A stretch of DNA of 64,000 bases from the human T2T-CHM13v2.0 reference genome, Homo sapiens, in NCBI RefSeq assembly GCF_009914755.1, contig NC_060931.1. One strand, 5' to 3'. Both the position numbers and the translations under genes were made by a program. This document shows, one piece after another, positions 1-46,935 of the stretch. How positions within the stretch are numbered: the first letter of the stretch is position 1; the number at the start of each line of letters is the position of its first letter. The notes beneath the pieces were generated by a model. It was not told the DNA's origin. It saw only the letters and a program-made list of their open reading frames with translations, and did not search any database.

Positions 1-140
1 GCCCCTCGCCAGACATGGAATCTGCAGGCATCTTGATCTCAGACTTCCTAGCCTCCAGAATTGTAAGACATAAATTCTTGTTGTTTATAAGCCACCCGGT
101 CTATAGTGTTTTGTTACAGCAGCCCAAATGGACTAAGACA
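1..140 (+). mobile_element. MaLR LTR (MLT1/MST-type) 3' end fragment
   Basis: Characteristic LTR 3' end 'cttgatctcagacttcctagcctccagaattgtaaga...tttataagccacccggtctatagtgttttgttacagcagcccaaatggactaagaca'; subfamily not resolved by eye. Confidence 0.8.
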
Positions 141-327
141 GCAAAGATCACTGATTTAACCTGGAATTACAAGCCAGGATAGAGGTCAGGTTCTAGTAGG
201 GTGGTCCCCAGCTAGGGGACCTGAACCTAGACCCTGCCTAATGACAGGAATGTGGGCCTGCTTTTCCCACTTTTTTGCTTAGACTACAAAACCCCTCCCT
301 TTAGGACATGTCCTTCTCTGTTCATTT

Positions 328-632
<305 letters not shown>

Positions 633-799
633 CTCCGTTCATTTTAGAATCCCATTCTCTTCATTTGGTTTGGACTGTCTCCTTGTCTTAATGATACACT
701 GTTACCCAGGCGTATTAAAGAGGAATCTTTTTTTTTTTAAGAGGAATCTTTTTTGTTGAATGTGAAACATTCACTTGAGCTAGCTTAAAAAAAAGGCAG

Positions 800-1378
<579 letters not shown>

Positions 1379-2311
1379 ACAGGAGGGATTGATCTTAAGT
1401 CTGGAGGGGTATGCCTTGGAAGCCACAGGCAGGCGTGCACTTGGGCCTAGGTGTGCTAGAACCAGGGACTCAAAGCACCTTCAGGAGCCTCCATCTCTCC
1501 CCGCTGCTGCCCTCTGCATAACTGCCTCCTTTCTGTGAGCTCCCTGCAGCCTAGCCCTGTCTGGTTTCCCTTCCCAGGCCAAGAGGTAGAGCAGCCACCC
1601 GCTGCCACTCCTGTCAAGGACCAGCTGCTTTTGGGGCAGGGTGGGTGGTTCTAAAGATGACAGGTACTGCCGGTTCTGATTGTGGCAGAGGGAATGTTGG
1701 GTTGCAGGGAAGGGGAGAGGGGAACAGCCTGGAGATCCAGGCAGTGGTCCCCACGGAGGTGTGGACACAGAGCTGCAGGGGAAGGCCTCTCTCACCAGAA
1801 CCCCTTAGTCTCCAAGATAATCAGAGGAAGCAAACTAATTGTTTTGGATCACCTATTAGATGCCAGGCACCATGCTAATCATCTTTCTTGTGATTTCCTT
1901 CCATTTTCACACATTAAAAAAAAAAAAAGACGAGAAAACAGGCCCAAAAGAGCTACATTACTTGCCCAAGGTTGCAGAGCTAGAAGTAGAGAGGCTGGAA
2001 TTCAGCCCATGGATCATTCCACTCTACCACACTGTCCCTGGAACCTGGGTCAGAGCCACAGTCAGTATCAGTATCACTGAAAGTGCCTGTTATGACCTGG
2101 CCAGCCCAGTATCATCACAGGTGACTGTGGAAATGTCCCTGGTTCCAGAAAAACAGGATTTTCAAACATGGCTCATTGTATCCGCTCACTTGGATTCAGC
2201 TCAGCCCAAGATAAATATGGCCAGTATTGGTGGCTGATGAGCAGAGCCCCTTGACGGCAGAGGCAGGACCAGGTGAAGAGCCAGGCAACCTGGTCTCCTG
2301 AGATAGGTCAG

Positions 2312-2775
2312 CAGGTGGTGAGTCAGGGGGCTATAAACAGCCTGTGGCCCCAGCCAGCACTGCCCAGATACTCAGCTGATGAAACCCCTTGTAACCCCCT
2401 GTGTGCCCCTGCCTGGCTTGGGGAGGAGCATGTCAGCGCTCCTCGGGGAGGGGGCCCTACTTGGCAGGCCGGGCCCAGCATTGTGCACGGTCTGTTCCAG
2501 CCTGGCTGGCCAGGCCCAGGGCCTGGGCTCATGGGCTATATTGAGGGCTGAGTCACCAGCCCGCGCCTGGGTCAGGCTGAGTGTCACTGGCTGCTGGGGC
2601 CTGAGTCAGGCCCCGATTTATCCTGGAGAGCAACAGGCTCAGGTTTCTGAGGACGGTTGCGGGGGGTGACGGGAATCATCCTTTGGCACTCTGTACCCTC
2701 CTCTCCTCTGCCAACCATTCACTTGATCCCCTGGGACCCGCACACTGACCTCCCCTGGAGCGAGCTCTTGAGTCA
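2312..2775. promoter_or_regulatory. Distal FLNC upstream enhancer candidate: 4 perfect AP-1 sites (TGAGTCA at 2319, 2549, 2602, 2769), E-boxes, one ARE-type site
   Basis: Motifs read directly. 2547-2556 reads GTGACTCAGC on the minus strand (ARE core RTGACnnnGC). Function is inferred. Confidence 0.6.
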
Positions 2776-3347
2776 GAGGGAAAGCAAGGGAAGCTACGCT
2801 GGGAGTTCCTTCTCCCCTCCCTGGCTTCCTCCGGCCTCTCCACCTGAACAGAGGCGCTCAGCTGGCTGGGGGACCTCAGATAATGCCTGCAAAACAGGAC
2901 TGTGGACCATTAGGGTCTGTAAAGGGGCTGTCAGCTCCGAGCTACCTCACCTTAACCCTTTCTCCTCCCCAGCAGCTCAAAGAGGAATGCATCCTTTCTC
3001 AGATCTGTGTCTCAGTTTACTCACCAGGGATTCAGAGGCAGCACTGCTGAACCCTGAGCCCTTGGCACATCAGGTTGGCTGTCAGAAGTCGGCCTTTGTA
3101 CATACACAGTTCCCTTGTGAGGCCCAGCTGCGTGTCCTAGGAGCGGGGCCTCTCTCCACAGCAGAGCTCAGCCTCTCAAGTGTATGGACAGCACGGGTGC
3201 CTGATGGGTGGATTTAGCCATGAGTTGAAGGTGGCTTGGGGAGAATGAGAGTTCTAGAGATAGGGAGAAGGGGTTGCCAATAGGAGAGTGGAATTCCTGA
3301 GCACCTCGTCACAGGCAGCCGACAGAACATGAGCCGCAGGGCCCAGG

Positions 3348-3357
3348 CTATTTATAC
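3348..3357. promoter_or_regulatory. MEF2-like/TATA-like element CTATTTATAC
   Basis: 9/10 match to YTA(W)4TAR, about 2 kb upstream of a muscle gene. Confidence 0.4.
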
Positions 3358-3659
3358 CTCGCCTGTCACTATCAGGGTCCCCACAGCTCCCCCCACCTCC
3401 AGCCACACACAGCAGGTCCTTTTGCTCTTTCTGGTCCCTTCTCTACTCCTCCCCCTCCCTACCTAAGGACCAGGCAATTTCATTCATAGACCCCTGTCAT
3501 CATAAGCATTGCCCCCACAGAACCCTGACACTTTTTCCTCAGCTCCGTAACAGGGGGTGCCCTCATTGGCCCTTGGGGGAAAGAGCCCCCAAAGATGCTC
3601 ACTATCCCTTCTTTTACACCAGGTCTAGGGGTAGAAGAGGAATTAGATATAATGATTCA

Positions 3660-4256
<597 letters not shown>

Positions 4257-4540
4257 CTATTCCCCAGGCCTGCAGCCTTTGGCTTGCCCTGAGTGCAGCT
4301 TTGCCTGGGCATCCCAGCTGGCTCCCTTAGGCTCTCCCTGACCACTCTGCCCCTGGTCCTGCCTACCCACCTGGTCACATTTCCCCCTGGCTGCTCTGGC
4401 TGGGGCTCTCCCTGTTTCTGCCTGGCTGACCCACCCTTTCCCTGGCAGGATCTGCCCTGTGGCCCAAATGGGCATGTTGCCCAGGGGGCTCCCTGGCACT
4501 ATGGGGGAAGAGTCTCTCCTTCCCCTCTTATCATCTCAGT

Positions 4541-4658
4541 TGAGTCAGACTTGGGGGAGGGGGATACACAGTGTGAGTCACTGGGTACCCTTTTCCTGAG
4601 CTCAGCTTCATACCGAGGCGATGAGGCCAAACGGGCTGGTGACAGGGACACTGAGTCA
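4541..4658. promoter_or_regulatory. Proximal AP-1 cluster (TGAGTCA at 4541, 4574, 4652)
   Basis: Three perfect heptamers within 120 bp. Confidence 0.6.
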
Positions 4659-5564
4659 GGGGCAGGGGCCCCGGTCTTACTCCTGGGCCTCTGGATTTGG
4701 GCCCTACATGAGGCTTTTCTATCTGTAAAGTCAAGCAATGGCTGGGAGGCACACACAACCCCCCGCCCCCCCGCAGGCTTCTCCTTCATTGGCCCGGGCA
4801 AGGTCCCTGCTTCCTCTCAGGCCGTCTCTGCACAAGCACACACACTTCCCTTCCCTGTCCACAGGTGGACAATGCCCTGGGCTAGGAGCCAGCCCTCGCA
4901 GGCCCTGTCAACAGCCTGCCACCAACTAGTCTAGAAAATTCTGTGAACACCAGATCAGTGGGTTTTGCCCTAATCACTGGCCTCAGTTTCCCCATTTACC
5001 TCTTCAGCCCGTGCGGGGTGTGGAGGGAGCATATTTCATTCCTGACAGTTTGGTGTGTTGGGTGTGGATGGAGAACTGTCGGCCCTCCCCGCCACCTTCC
5101 AGCGCGGCGGCACCGGGGGCCCAGGGGGTGGGCGCCCTCAACCCCGTCCCGCCGCCCGGGCGGCGCGGGGGAGGGGCGGCGGGGGCGGGGCGTCCTGTGC
5201 GGCGCGGCCCCCACCCGCGGGCCGGGCGGCATTCCTGGGAGGCCGGCGCTCTGACGTGGACCCGGGGGCCGCGGGCGCGGCGGGGGGGCGGCGGTCCGGG
5301 GGCTTCTTAAACCCCCCGCCCCGGCCCAGCCCGCACTTCCCGAGCACCGCTCCGACCCTGGAGGGAGAGAGAGCCAGAGAGCGGCCGAGCGCCTAGGAGG
5401 CCCGCCGAGCCTCGCCGAGCCCCGCCAGCCCCGGCGCGAGAGAAGTTGGAGAGGAGAGCAGCGCAGCGCAGCGAGTCCCGTGGTCGCGCCCCAACAGCGC
5501 CCGACAGCCCCCGATAGCCCAAACCGCGGCCCTAGCCCCGGCCGCACCCCCAGCCCGCGCCAGC

Positions 5565-33449
<27,885 letters not shown>

Positions 33450-33488
33450 ATCCCAAAAGTGCCTCCCCAGCCTCAGCCCCCACCTCCA

Positions 33489-33524
33489 GCCACACACACA
33501 TTACACACACACACACACACACAC
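33489..33524 (+). repeat. (CA)n microsatellite in the FLNC 3' UTR
   Basis: cacacacacattacacacacacacacacacacac. Confidence 0.9.
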
Positions 33525-34178
33525 AAATGTGCCACACCCAGACACGCACAGAATCAGACACTACAAACACCTGCCTTGGGGGTGAAGTGAAGGCCCAGCC
33601 TCCCCACCCCACCGCGCCCCAGGGGTTGGAGGACCTTGTCTGTGTCAGGACAGTGTCCCTCCCTGGGAATGTGACATGAGGGCCGACTGGGGCCAGGCTC
33701 AGGGGCAGAGGCTGGGACACAAGGGGCTGGCGAGGGCTGCGAGGCCAGGGAAGCCCTGAGTTTCTGGCGGGGCTGAGCAGTGGGGGAGCATTGTGTTGTG
33801 GGTGTCTGTGTGTGAGGTCACCCTCAAACTGCACCGCCGGCCAGATACCCTCCTGACCCCGAGGACTTGGTCTGGTCTCTCTGGTGGCTACAACCCCAGA
33901 GTTTTAAGGACTTGGAAAGGAAAGCACAATCAGAGAAGAAAACAGCCCCCGAACCAGCAGGAGTGGCCTGGCACATGGACCGGCCTGAGCGATGTGCACT
34001 CCACCCAAGCCAGGCTCCCAGGGGGCCTGATTTCTCTCTCACTGTCTCTTTTTTTAAAATGGTTGCACGGCTCTGCCCCATGGGGGGCCTTTTTTACACA
34101 CTGCGAGGCCCAGCTTTCTAGGGGACTTTTGCACATGTCATGCAGCTCAGCTGGGAGCTGCTTAGGTGGAAAACTCCA

Positions 34179-34184
34179 AATAAA
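34179..34184 (+). terminator. FLNC: FLNC polyadenylation signal AATAAA
   Basis: First AATAAA after the stop (~730 nt 3' UTR), followed by a GU-rich stretch. Confidence 0.85.
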
Positions 34185-36190
34185 GTGCGGCTGTCGCAGA
34201 GGGTTGGCTGTTCCTTGGGGGTGTGCTCTGTGTGGCTGGCTGCCCTCTGGCCTGCCACACGAAAAACCGGGCCCTGGGGAGGCAGAGGCGGCCTGGCTGT
34301 TCCCTGGAAGATTGACCCAGTCGAGGGAAAGGTCCTGGGGCAGAAGTGAGGTCTGGGATGTTGGCAGAGTGCTTGAAAGAACCGGGGGTGGGGGCTCGGG
34401 GATGTGGGAAGGGGTCCCAGCGGGAGGGTTCGTGGACAGTACAGGGTGTGGATACTGTGTTCTACAGTACTGTCCCAGGACCCCTGGGAGGCCAGTTTCA
34501 GTTCAGCTTGACCTCAAGGATGTTTTTCAAATTAAGACTTTAAAACAGTGAGCACTGACTCAAACAGGAATATTCCTCAACCAGCAGGCAGGCAGAACCA
34601 CCTGCAGACTCAGCACCTTCCCCCTAGTCAGTTCCTGAATCAACTTGGCCTGTTTCATGCCCCTTTCCAGCACTAAGCTTGCACAGGGCCTCCCTCCTGA
34701 ACTCCTGCAACAGCCCTGCCCTGGCCAGCTCCCTCCAACCTCCCCTCCATGCTGCAGCTTGGCGGGGGGGTCACTTTAAAGATAGTATATGCCCCTCTCT
34801 GGTTTAGGGCCATCTGTGACTCCCTCCTGCTCCAGAGTAAAGTCTCCTCTTCCTGACAAGGTCTCCAGGGCCACCCAGGTTCAGACAGCAGCCTCCCCAG
34901 CCATATGAGTTGGGCAGCAGGCCCACTCTCCATTGTGCCCTCCACCTCCAACCCCCCTTCATTACCTCTGGGCACCCATGCTGTAATTTGGGCCCTTGCC
35001 CGGAAACACCTTTGCCTCCCCACCCTCTTCATCTTCCTGGCCAACAGGAAGTTTTCCTGGACCCCTCCCTACCCCTCCTGGATCAGTGCCCCCAGCTCCC
35101 AAACTGCCCTGGGACACATCTCTAGTTGCAGTTACGACCCTGAGCTGTGGCCATGTATCCACGGCTCCCCACCAGATGGAGCTCCCTGGCCCTGGGTGTG
35201 AATGAGTGAGTGAATGGGTATGAATGAATAAATGAGCAGCTGAGTAGCTGCAGCAGGGAAAAGAAGTCTTTCATTCAACTGATCCCACAATCTAGACCCA
35301 CCTGGGCATTTCAGCACATGGTGGTGGGCTTGGCAGAAAAACCCACGAGTCCCCAACTCCTAATCCCTGACCTCCCCACCTCTCTCACCAGGCTCTGTGC
35401 TTCCTCCCTCTTCCCTCACACCCTCCCACACACCCATCCTCACTCTCTGCCCCCCTCACCCTCACCCTCACCCCTAGATGTGCTAATTTCCCCCTCAGCT
35501 TCGGCTGCCTCCACCTGTGTGTGGCTGATAAGCTCACAGACCTCCAGCCTGCCTGCTTCCAGCCAGCCACAGTGTGGCCCTGGGTGCTGAGCCTTACAGG
35601 CCCTTCCTCATTAATCCTCATAACAGCCCTATGAGGTGGGGCTACTACCATCTGAAGAAACCAAGGCCCTGGGAATTTCAGTGATGAGTCTGAAACCGTA
35701 CCTTTAAGTAGTGGGGCACAGATTGAAACCCAGGTGTGCCCGAATCCCAAGCTTATCACACATACAATCGCTAGACCAGACCACGGGCACGTCTCAAGCA
35801 CTCCAAACTCACAAACCCCATGCCAGACACCGGGAGTGCTGATTTGTTAAAAGGGAGGAGGAAAGAGTGGCTCCTTCCCCTTCAGCCTGCTCATCTTACA
35901 GAGGTCACTTTCTTGGCAATGTTACTCCCATCCATGTGCTGCACAGGCCAGAAACCTGGAAATCACCCAGGTCTCTCTCTCTACCTCACTCCCCAAACAC
36001 ATCCACTCTGAAACCAGTTTTGTCCTAAATATCTAAATATCTCTCGGCTCTACCTACTTCTCTGCGTTTCCCATTATCACCACCTGAGTCCTGGCCACCA
36101 TTATCTCTCACAGTGGCCTCCCAATTTGGTTTCTCCTCCCTCAGTTTCGCCTCTGCACACAGCACAGTCAACAGTGAGTGACAGCTCTAA

Positions 36191-37068
<878 letters not shown>

Positions 37069-37559
37069 TTACCAATTATTTAACTTTCCTTGAAGGCCCT
37101 ACGCTCTCTAGTCAGTACGCCTTTGCACATGCTGTTCCTCTGCCTAGAACACCGTCTTGTCCTCACTTCTATCCCCTTCATCCTGCAGGTCCTTCAGGTC
37201 TCAGCTTAGATCTGAAGCAAGCTTCTTGGGGAAGGGTTCTTTGGACGCCCCCTCTCTCCATGGGTTAGTTACCATGGATGTGTGCTTCCATATACTTTTC
37301 ACATTCTAACCATTAACACACAGCTTTGTAGTCGCCTGTTCCCTTGACTTTCCACCTCACTAGGCAGTATCATCATTAACTTTTGCATTCCTTTAACTGA
37401 ACAAACGTGTGTTACTTGTTAACTATGTGTCATAGTTACACACATACATACACGATAAAGACCCAGACCCTGCCCTTGAGATGAGTAACTGCGTCTCTTC
37501 TCTGGGGTCTCGGCGTCTAACAGCGTCAGGTCCAAAGCGCTTGTTGAACGAATGAACCA

Positions 37560-37831
37560 AGGAACGAGTGAATGAACGAATGAATGCCCGCGAAGGACGT
37601 GGTGCCGCGCGGTCTTCTGGGAATCGTAGTCCCCTGGTTCGGGCCTGTCTTTACGGCGCAGGCGTATTCACATGGAGGCCGTGTTGCTGTTAATGCGCAT
37701 GTCCCGGAATGCGGCTGGGAGGACTGCGCATGCTCGAAGGGTGGGGGTTGAGGCCGACGGGGCGCCGTACGGCGGAGGCGGGGTTTCAGTGGCTTCTGGT
37801 GCTCTAGGGTGAGCTCTGCCCGGCTGCAGGG
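37560..37831 (+). promoter_or_regulatory. ATP6V1F: ATP6V1F CpG-island housekeeping promoter: ZNF143/SBS motif (ctgggaatcgtagt 37617-37630), NRF1-like TGCGCATG (37694, 37725), GC box
   Basis: Motifs read directly; CpG-rich and TATA-less. Confidence 0.8.
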
Positions 37832-40505
<2,674 letters not shown>

Positions 40506-40746
40506 GGGACTCCTCATAGCCCTCAGCCCTTCCCTCGTTTCCAGGCCTCTCCCCAGGCTTGCCATCAGCCTTCTTTACTTTTTGAGCCTCTGATTTCCAA
40601 TTCCCTGCTCCTTCCCACTCCATTAAGAGGCTAGGTGAGGCGCTTCTAGGTTGCTGGGGCTCTGCTGGTTAAGGAACAGGAAGCCTGACCATCTCCCTCC
40701 ACTACCTCTTCCCTGTGCTGTTACACAGTGTCATTGTTGATGTTAA

Positions 40747-40752
40747 ATTAAA
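40747..40752 (+). terminator. ATP6V1F: ATP6V1F polyadenylation signal ATTAAA
   Basis: About 240 nt after the stop codon. Confidence 0.75.
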
Positions 40753-41228
40753 GTCATATTCTTGCTTCTCTCCAGATGGGTTGGGTGCTGGAAAGGACAT
40801 GTGTGGGGTGAGGCCATGGGGCAGATTCGGTTGGCAAGGATGGAAAAGGTGCTGCCAAAGACAGGCATAGAAGAGGTGGCCCAGGAGGATTGTGCCGGGA
40901 GGCAGAACTCAAGGACTGGTCCTTGGATCAGAGAAGACCAGCTCTGGTCTGGGGAGGAATGGGAGGAGGCTTGAGCCCAGCTCCTGCTTCCCCCACCTTG
41001 CTCGGCATTGGGCTGGGAAGGGGGCCAGATCCAAAGGACAGAAGCAGAAAGCACACGAAACCTGGGAGTCTGTGATGCCAGATCCCGCGAGGGCCCTGCG
41101 GGAGTTTTGGGGGGAGCAGGGCTCTTAACCAGTGGGCCCTGGCCTCAGGCTGCCTCAGGAAGCCAGGCTCATGGGGTCTGCTGGGGGCATGGCAAGTAGA
41201 ACCCTGGCCCTGTGTGAGGTGAGGCATG

Positions 41229-43702
<2,474 letters not shown>

Positions 43703-43938
43703 CCGTGGGCCAGGTGTGGGCTTAGGGGAGGGAAGAAGAAATAACAGGCCTCCTGGTGGGGCAAAGCTGCTGTGTGTGTCTGTGCCCCTCTGCTCTCCCT
43801 GTCCCTGAGGTTGCATTCAGGCCTTTCTGAAACTATCAGACCTGCAAGTTGCCCTCTTGCTTTTTCCGTAACCCTCATCACTTTAATCATCCCTTTGAGG
43901 ACTCAGCAATGACCAGAGGGTGCTGGGAAGGGCGAGCA

Positions 43939-45242
43939 CTACTTCGCAGGCACGGGATCCTCAGCACCAGGGGAACACAGTAGTTCCAGGAAGTTCTGGG
44001 TGTTCCTGGGGAGAGAGCGGCTTGTCATTTCGGAGGCCAGGGAAAGGGGCCTCCTGCCACCGCCACACCCCTCCTTGCCCGCCCCTCACCTGGCCCCGAG
44101 GGCCCGCAGCCGCTCCGTCCTCTCCCGATGCATTTGCTCCAGCTGCTCCCGCAGGGCGCGCCGCCGCCCAGCCGCGTCCTCCTGGCGGTGCGGAGCGCTG
44201 AGCGTCCGCGGCTCAGTGGGGCGGGCGGGGCAGCACCTGGCACACCTGCCCCTCGCGCCCCGCCGAGTCACTGCCAGAGTGCAGTGCGCTCACTTCAAAG
44301 GGACCCGGGCGCGCTAAGCTCGGCCCCTGCCCCGCGCAGGCTCCTTGTGGCCCCACCGCCTTCTAGGGGTCTTGCCTGTGGCGGGAGTTGAGCCGGACTG
44401 GGCGGGAGCCCCACGGGGTGAACCCGGCAGTGGCGGTTCCTGGCGATGTGGAGGCGTTCCAGGACCTGCAGAGGCGGCAGTCAGCGTCCGGCCGCCCCTC
44501 GGTGCCCCGCCCGCTCCAGGCAGGCCCCGATCCCGGCGTGGGGACACACCCGGAGCCGCTGCTGCTCACGGTCCCGCCGGCGGCGCTGCCGCCTGGCCGC
44601 GCTGTGCAGCTCCAGCAGCCGCTGCAGAGCCGTCACCTGCTGCGCCGCGCTTAAGCCCGCAGGCGCCTTGGCGGTGCTGAGGGGCGCCGGCCACGCGGCC
44701 TTCAAGGCCTTGGGACGCTCAGGGCCGCCCCACCCGACCCCGGAGGGCACCCGGAAGCCAAGCCTGGCCCACCTCCTGCTCCCCCGGTGCGGGGCCCACT
44801 CCAGGGCCCTGCAGCCCGTGCGGATCGCGCTCCAGGCCTGGGGGCCCCGGAGAGCCCCGAGGAGCCCCTGCTGCCCGGATACCTCGGCGCGCAGGGTCGC
44901 TGGCATCTCGGCTCCGGCTCCGCGACCTGGGAGCCGCCGCCGGGCCGGGGGCTTCGGGCGGGTAAGCGCAGCCCACGCCCCCTCCCGGGCGGCCCCCAGC
45001 TTTGCCACCGCCGGTGCCGACCTTTGTGGCTCGCCTTTGATCATGCTCTGCGTCAGCGTGGTAGTCCTTCTCCGGAGGTTTGGGCTCTCCCTGCCCACAG
45101 GCTTTGGAGTCTGTGCTTTCAGGGACCCGCAGGAGTCCCTCGGATGGCTATGGGGGTCGCCTTCCTCTGGGGGCTGCACAGTGGCCTCTCCGGGAGCCAC
45201 CTCCCAGGCTTGTGAGATATTGCCTTCCCAAGACCGCAGCAT
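43939..45242 (-). CDS. Residual intact spliced ORF of the cryptic gene (313 aa, C-terminal Arg/Glu-rich helical/coiled-coil region)
   Basis: join(45242-44550,44465-44376,44181-44090,44005-43939): ...LSAAQQVTALQRLLELHSAARRQRRRRDREQQRLR|VLERLHIARNRHCRVHPVGLPPSPAQLPPQ|EDAAGRRRALREQLEQMHRERTERLRALGAR|NTQNFLELLCSPGAEDPVPAK*. Translation from ATG 45242 is unproven. Confidence 0.45.
43990..45060. promoter_or_regulatory. Orphan CpG island (not at a known TSS)
   Basis: Dense CpG over ~1 kb covering the 3' exons of the cryptic gene. Confidence 0.8.
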
Positions 45243-46929
45243 CTTCTTCCCTGGACTCTGGGGACTCGCCTTTCCCTGGCACTTAGGACTAAATTCTCTT
45301 CGACTCCTCCCTCTGACCCTGAGGAGCCCTTGGGCTCTGGCCCCCGTGTGTCTTCACCTTCTGACTCTGAGGAGCATCTTTGATCTCGCCCCAGGAGGCC
45401 TCGGCTCTCTTACGCTGAGGGGTCTCCGCTTTCTGATCCTGAGGGTCCTCCTCTCAGACTCAGGGGTGTCCATCCTTGGTGGTCTTTGAAGTTCTGCTCT
45501 CTCCTGGCCCAGGTGCGGGTCCGAGCCCAGCCCTTCAAGGGCATCTTGGGAAGGCAGGTTTTGGGAGGGCAGGTCCCCCGGCCCAGGGGTCCCGGGAGTG
45601 AGCTTTCTTTTCTGGGTCTCAGGCTCTGCCTCACTCCTCTCTTCCCTCTGGGCCAGGTCCTGGAAAGGAAAAGCACTTTGGGCCCAGGTTTGAGAGGGAA
45701 CCTGCAGACCCCAGGGGCCAGCCTTTGCCTGATTCCTGAATTTGTTAAAGCCATTTTATGTAGTGTGGAAGGTGCTTCACTGAAGAGCCTCCTCCTCACC
45801 CCAGCAGCCTCCTCCCAGGCAGACCCACCCCTGCCATCCCCAACCTGAGACCCTTGACCTTTTCACCTTGCACTCTGAGCTACCTGGCACCCCAAAACTC
45901 CTCCTGGTAGTGGGGTTGAGCTCTTGTAAGGAGCCTGAGGAAGAAAGACCAGTATTGGGAGCTCATGTCCCAGCCCCTCATGCACAGTTCACCTAGACTA
46001 GAGCCAGGAAGTTTAGGGAGTCCCAGTGCATGGCTAGGGGTGCCCTGAGGGCGCTGTCTGAACCTCAGGCTGTCACAGTTCATCAATCAGCCAGCCATGC
46101 ACCTGTCAGGTGTGCCTGCCAACAGCCTGCCCCATCTTTCTCATCCTCCCAGCCAAGGCAGACCACTCCAGAGGGACCTGCACAGCCCCTTCCTCAAGAC
46201 CACCACAGGAGGCCTGGGAGTGAGAAGGGTCACGGTGCTGGGTGCCTGGGTTCCTCAGCACCGGCCACTCCCACTTTGCCCTGGTGTGCCCATCAGGCCC
46301 AGAGAAGAAACCCGCTCTGGGCGTCTTACTTTTTACTCTTATTCAGAAAAACCTTCCTTAGCCTTTTCTTTGTTTCTGACAGCAAAATCAAAGGAAATTC
46401 AAGATGAAATTTTAGGCCAGAGCCTGGCCTAAAAACTGCAAGTGTTCATAATTAACAAAAGAAATCTAAAAAAAGAGATGATGTGTTGCCGCTCCCCTGC
46501 AGCTGTGGAGGAAGGAGAGCTGTTCTGCATCCATAAAAACCAGTTAAAAGGGATTTCATAAGGTCTGAAATTGAGAACTTTCCCAAGAATACTGCATCTT
46601 GTTCTCTTGTGCAATATACAGACGTGTGAATATTCCTAACAGTAACCAAATGGGTGCACTCTCTGTGAAAACGCATCTTTCAAAGAGTTTTTTAAACAAA
46701 GGAGACTCCTGGGCCTTTAGAAATAATTGCCACAAACTGCAAAAACAATCTCCAACCTCCCACTTCTGTAATTCTCATCTGTTGTCTTACTAGAAAATTT
46801 ATTTCTCTGGTAATAATGTTATAATTGATATCCCTGTCTTCTCAAGATGTAAAATACTTGTAAAAACTTCTCTGTCCATCAGAAAATAATTATTGGCACT
46901 TTTCTTCTCTCTCATGTGCATGATGGAAC

Positions 46930-46935
46930 AATAAA
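46930..46935 (+). terminator. SPMIP1: Probable distal SPMIP1 polyadenylation signal AATAAA
   Basis: First + strand AATAAA I found after the SPMIP1 stop; implies a ~3.2-kb 3' region. Confidence 0.5.

Noticed and set aside
4929-4947. Possible heat-shock element gtctaGAAaaTTCtgtgaa
   Set aside because: Only two correctly spaced pentamers; too weak to call.
44446-45489. 347-aa plus-strand ORF in the CpG island
   Set aside because: Low-complexity R/A/P/G-rich sequence without splice support; best explained as the antisense shadow of the GC-rich minus-strand exon.
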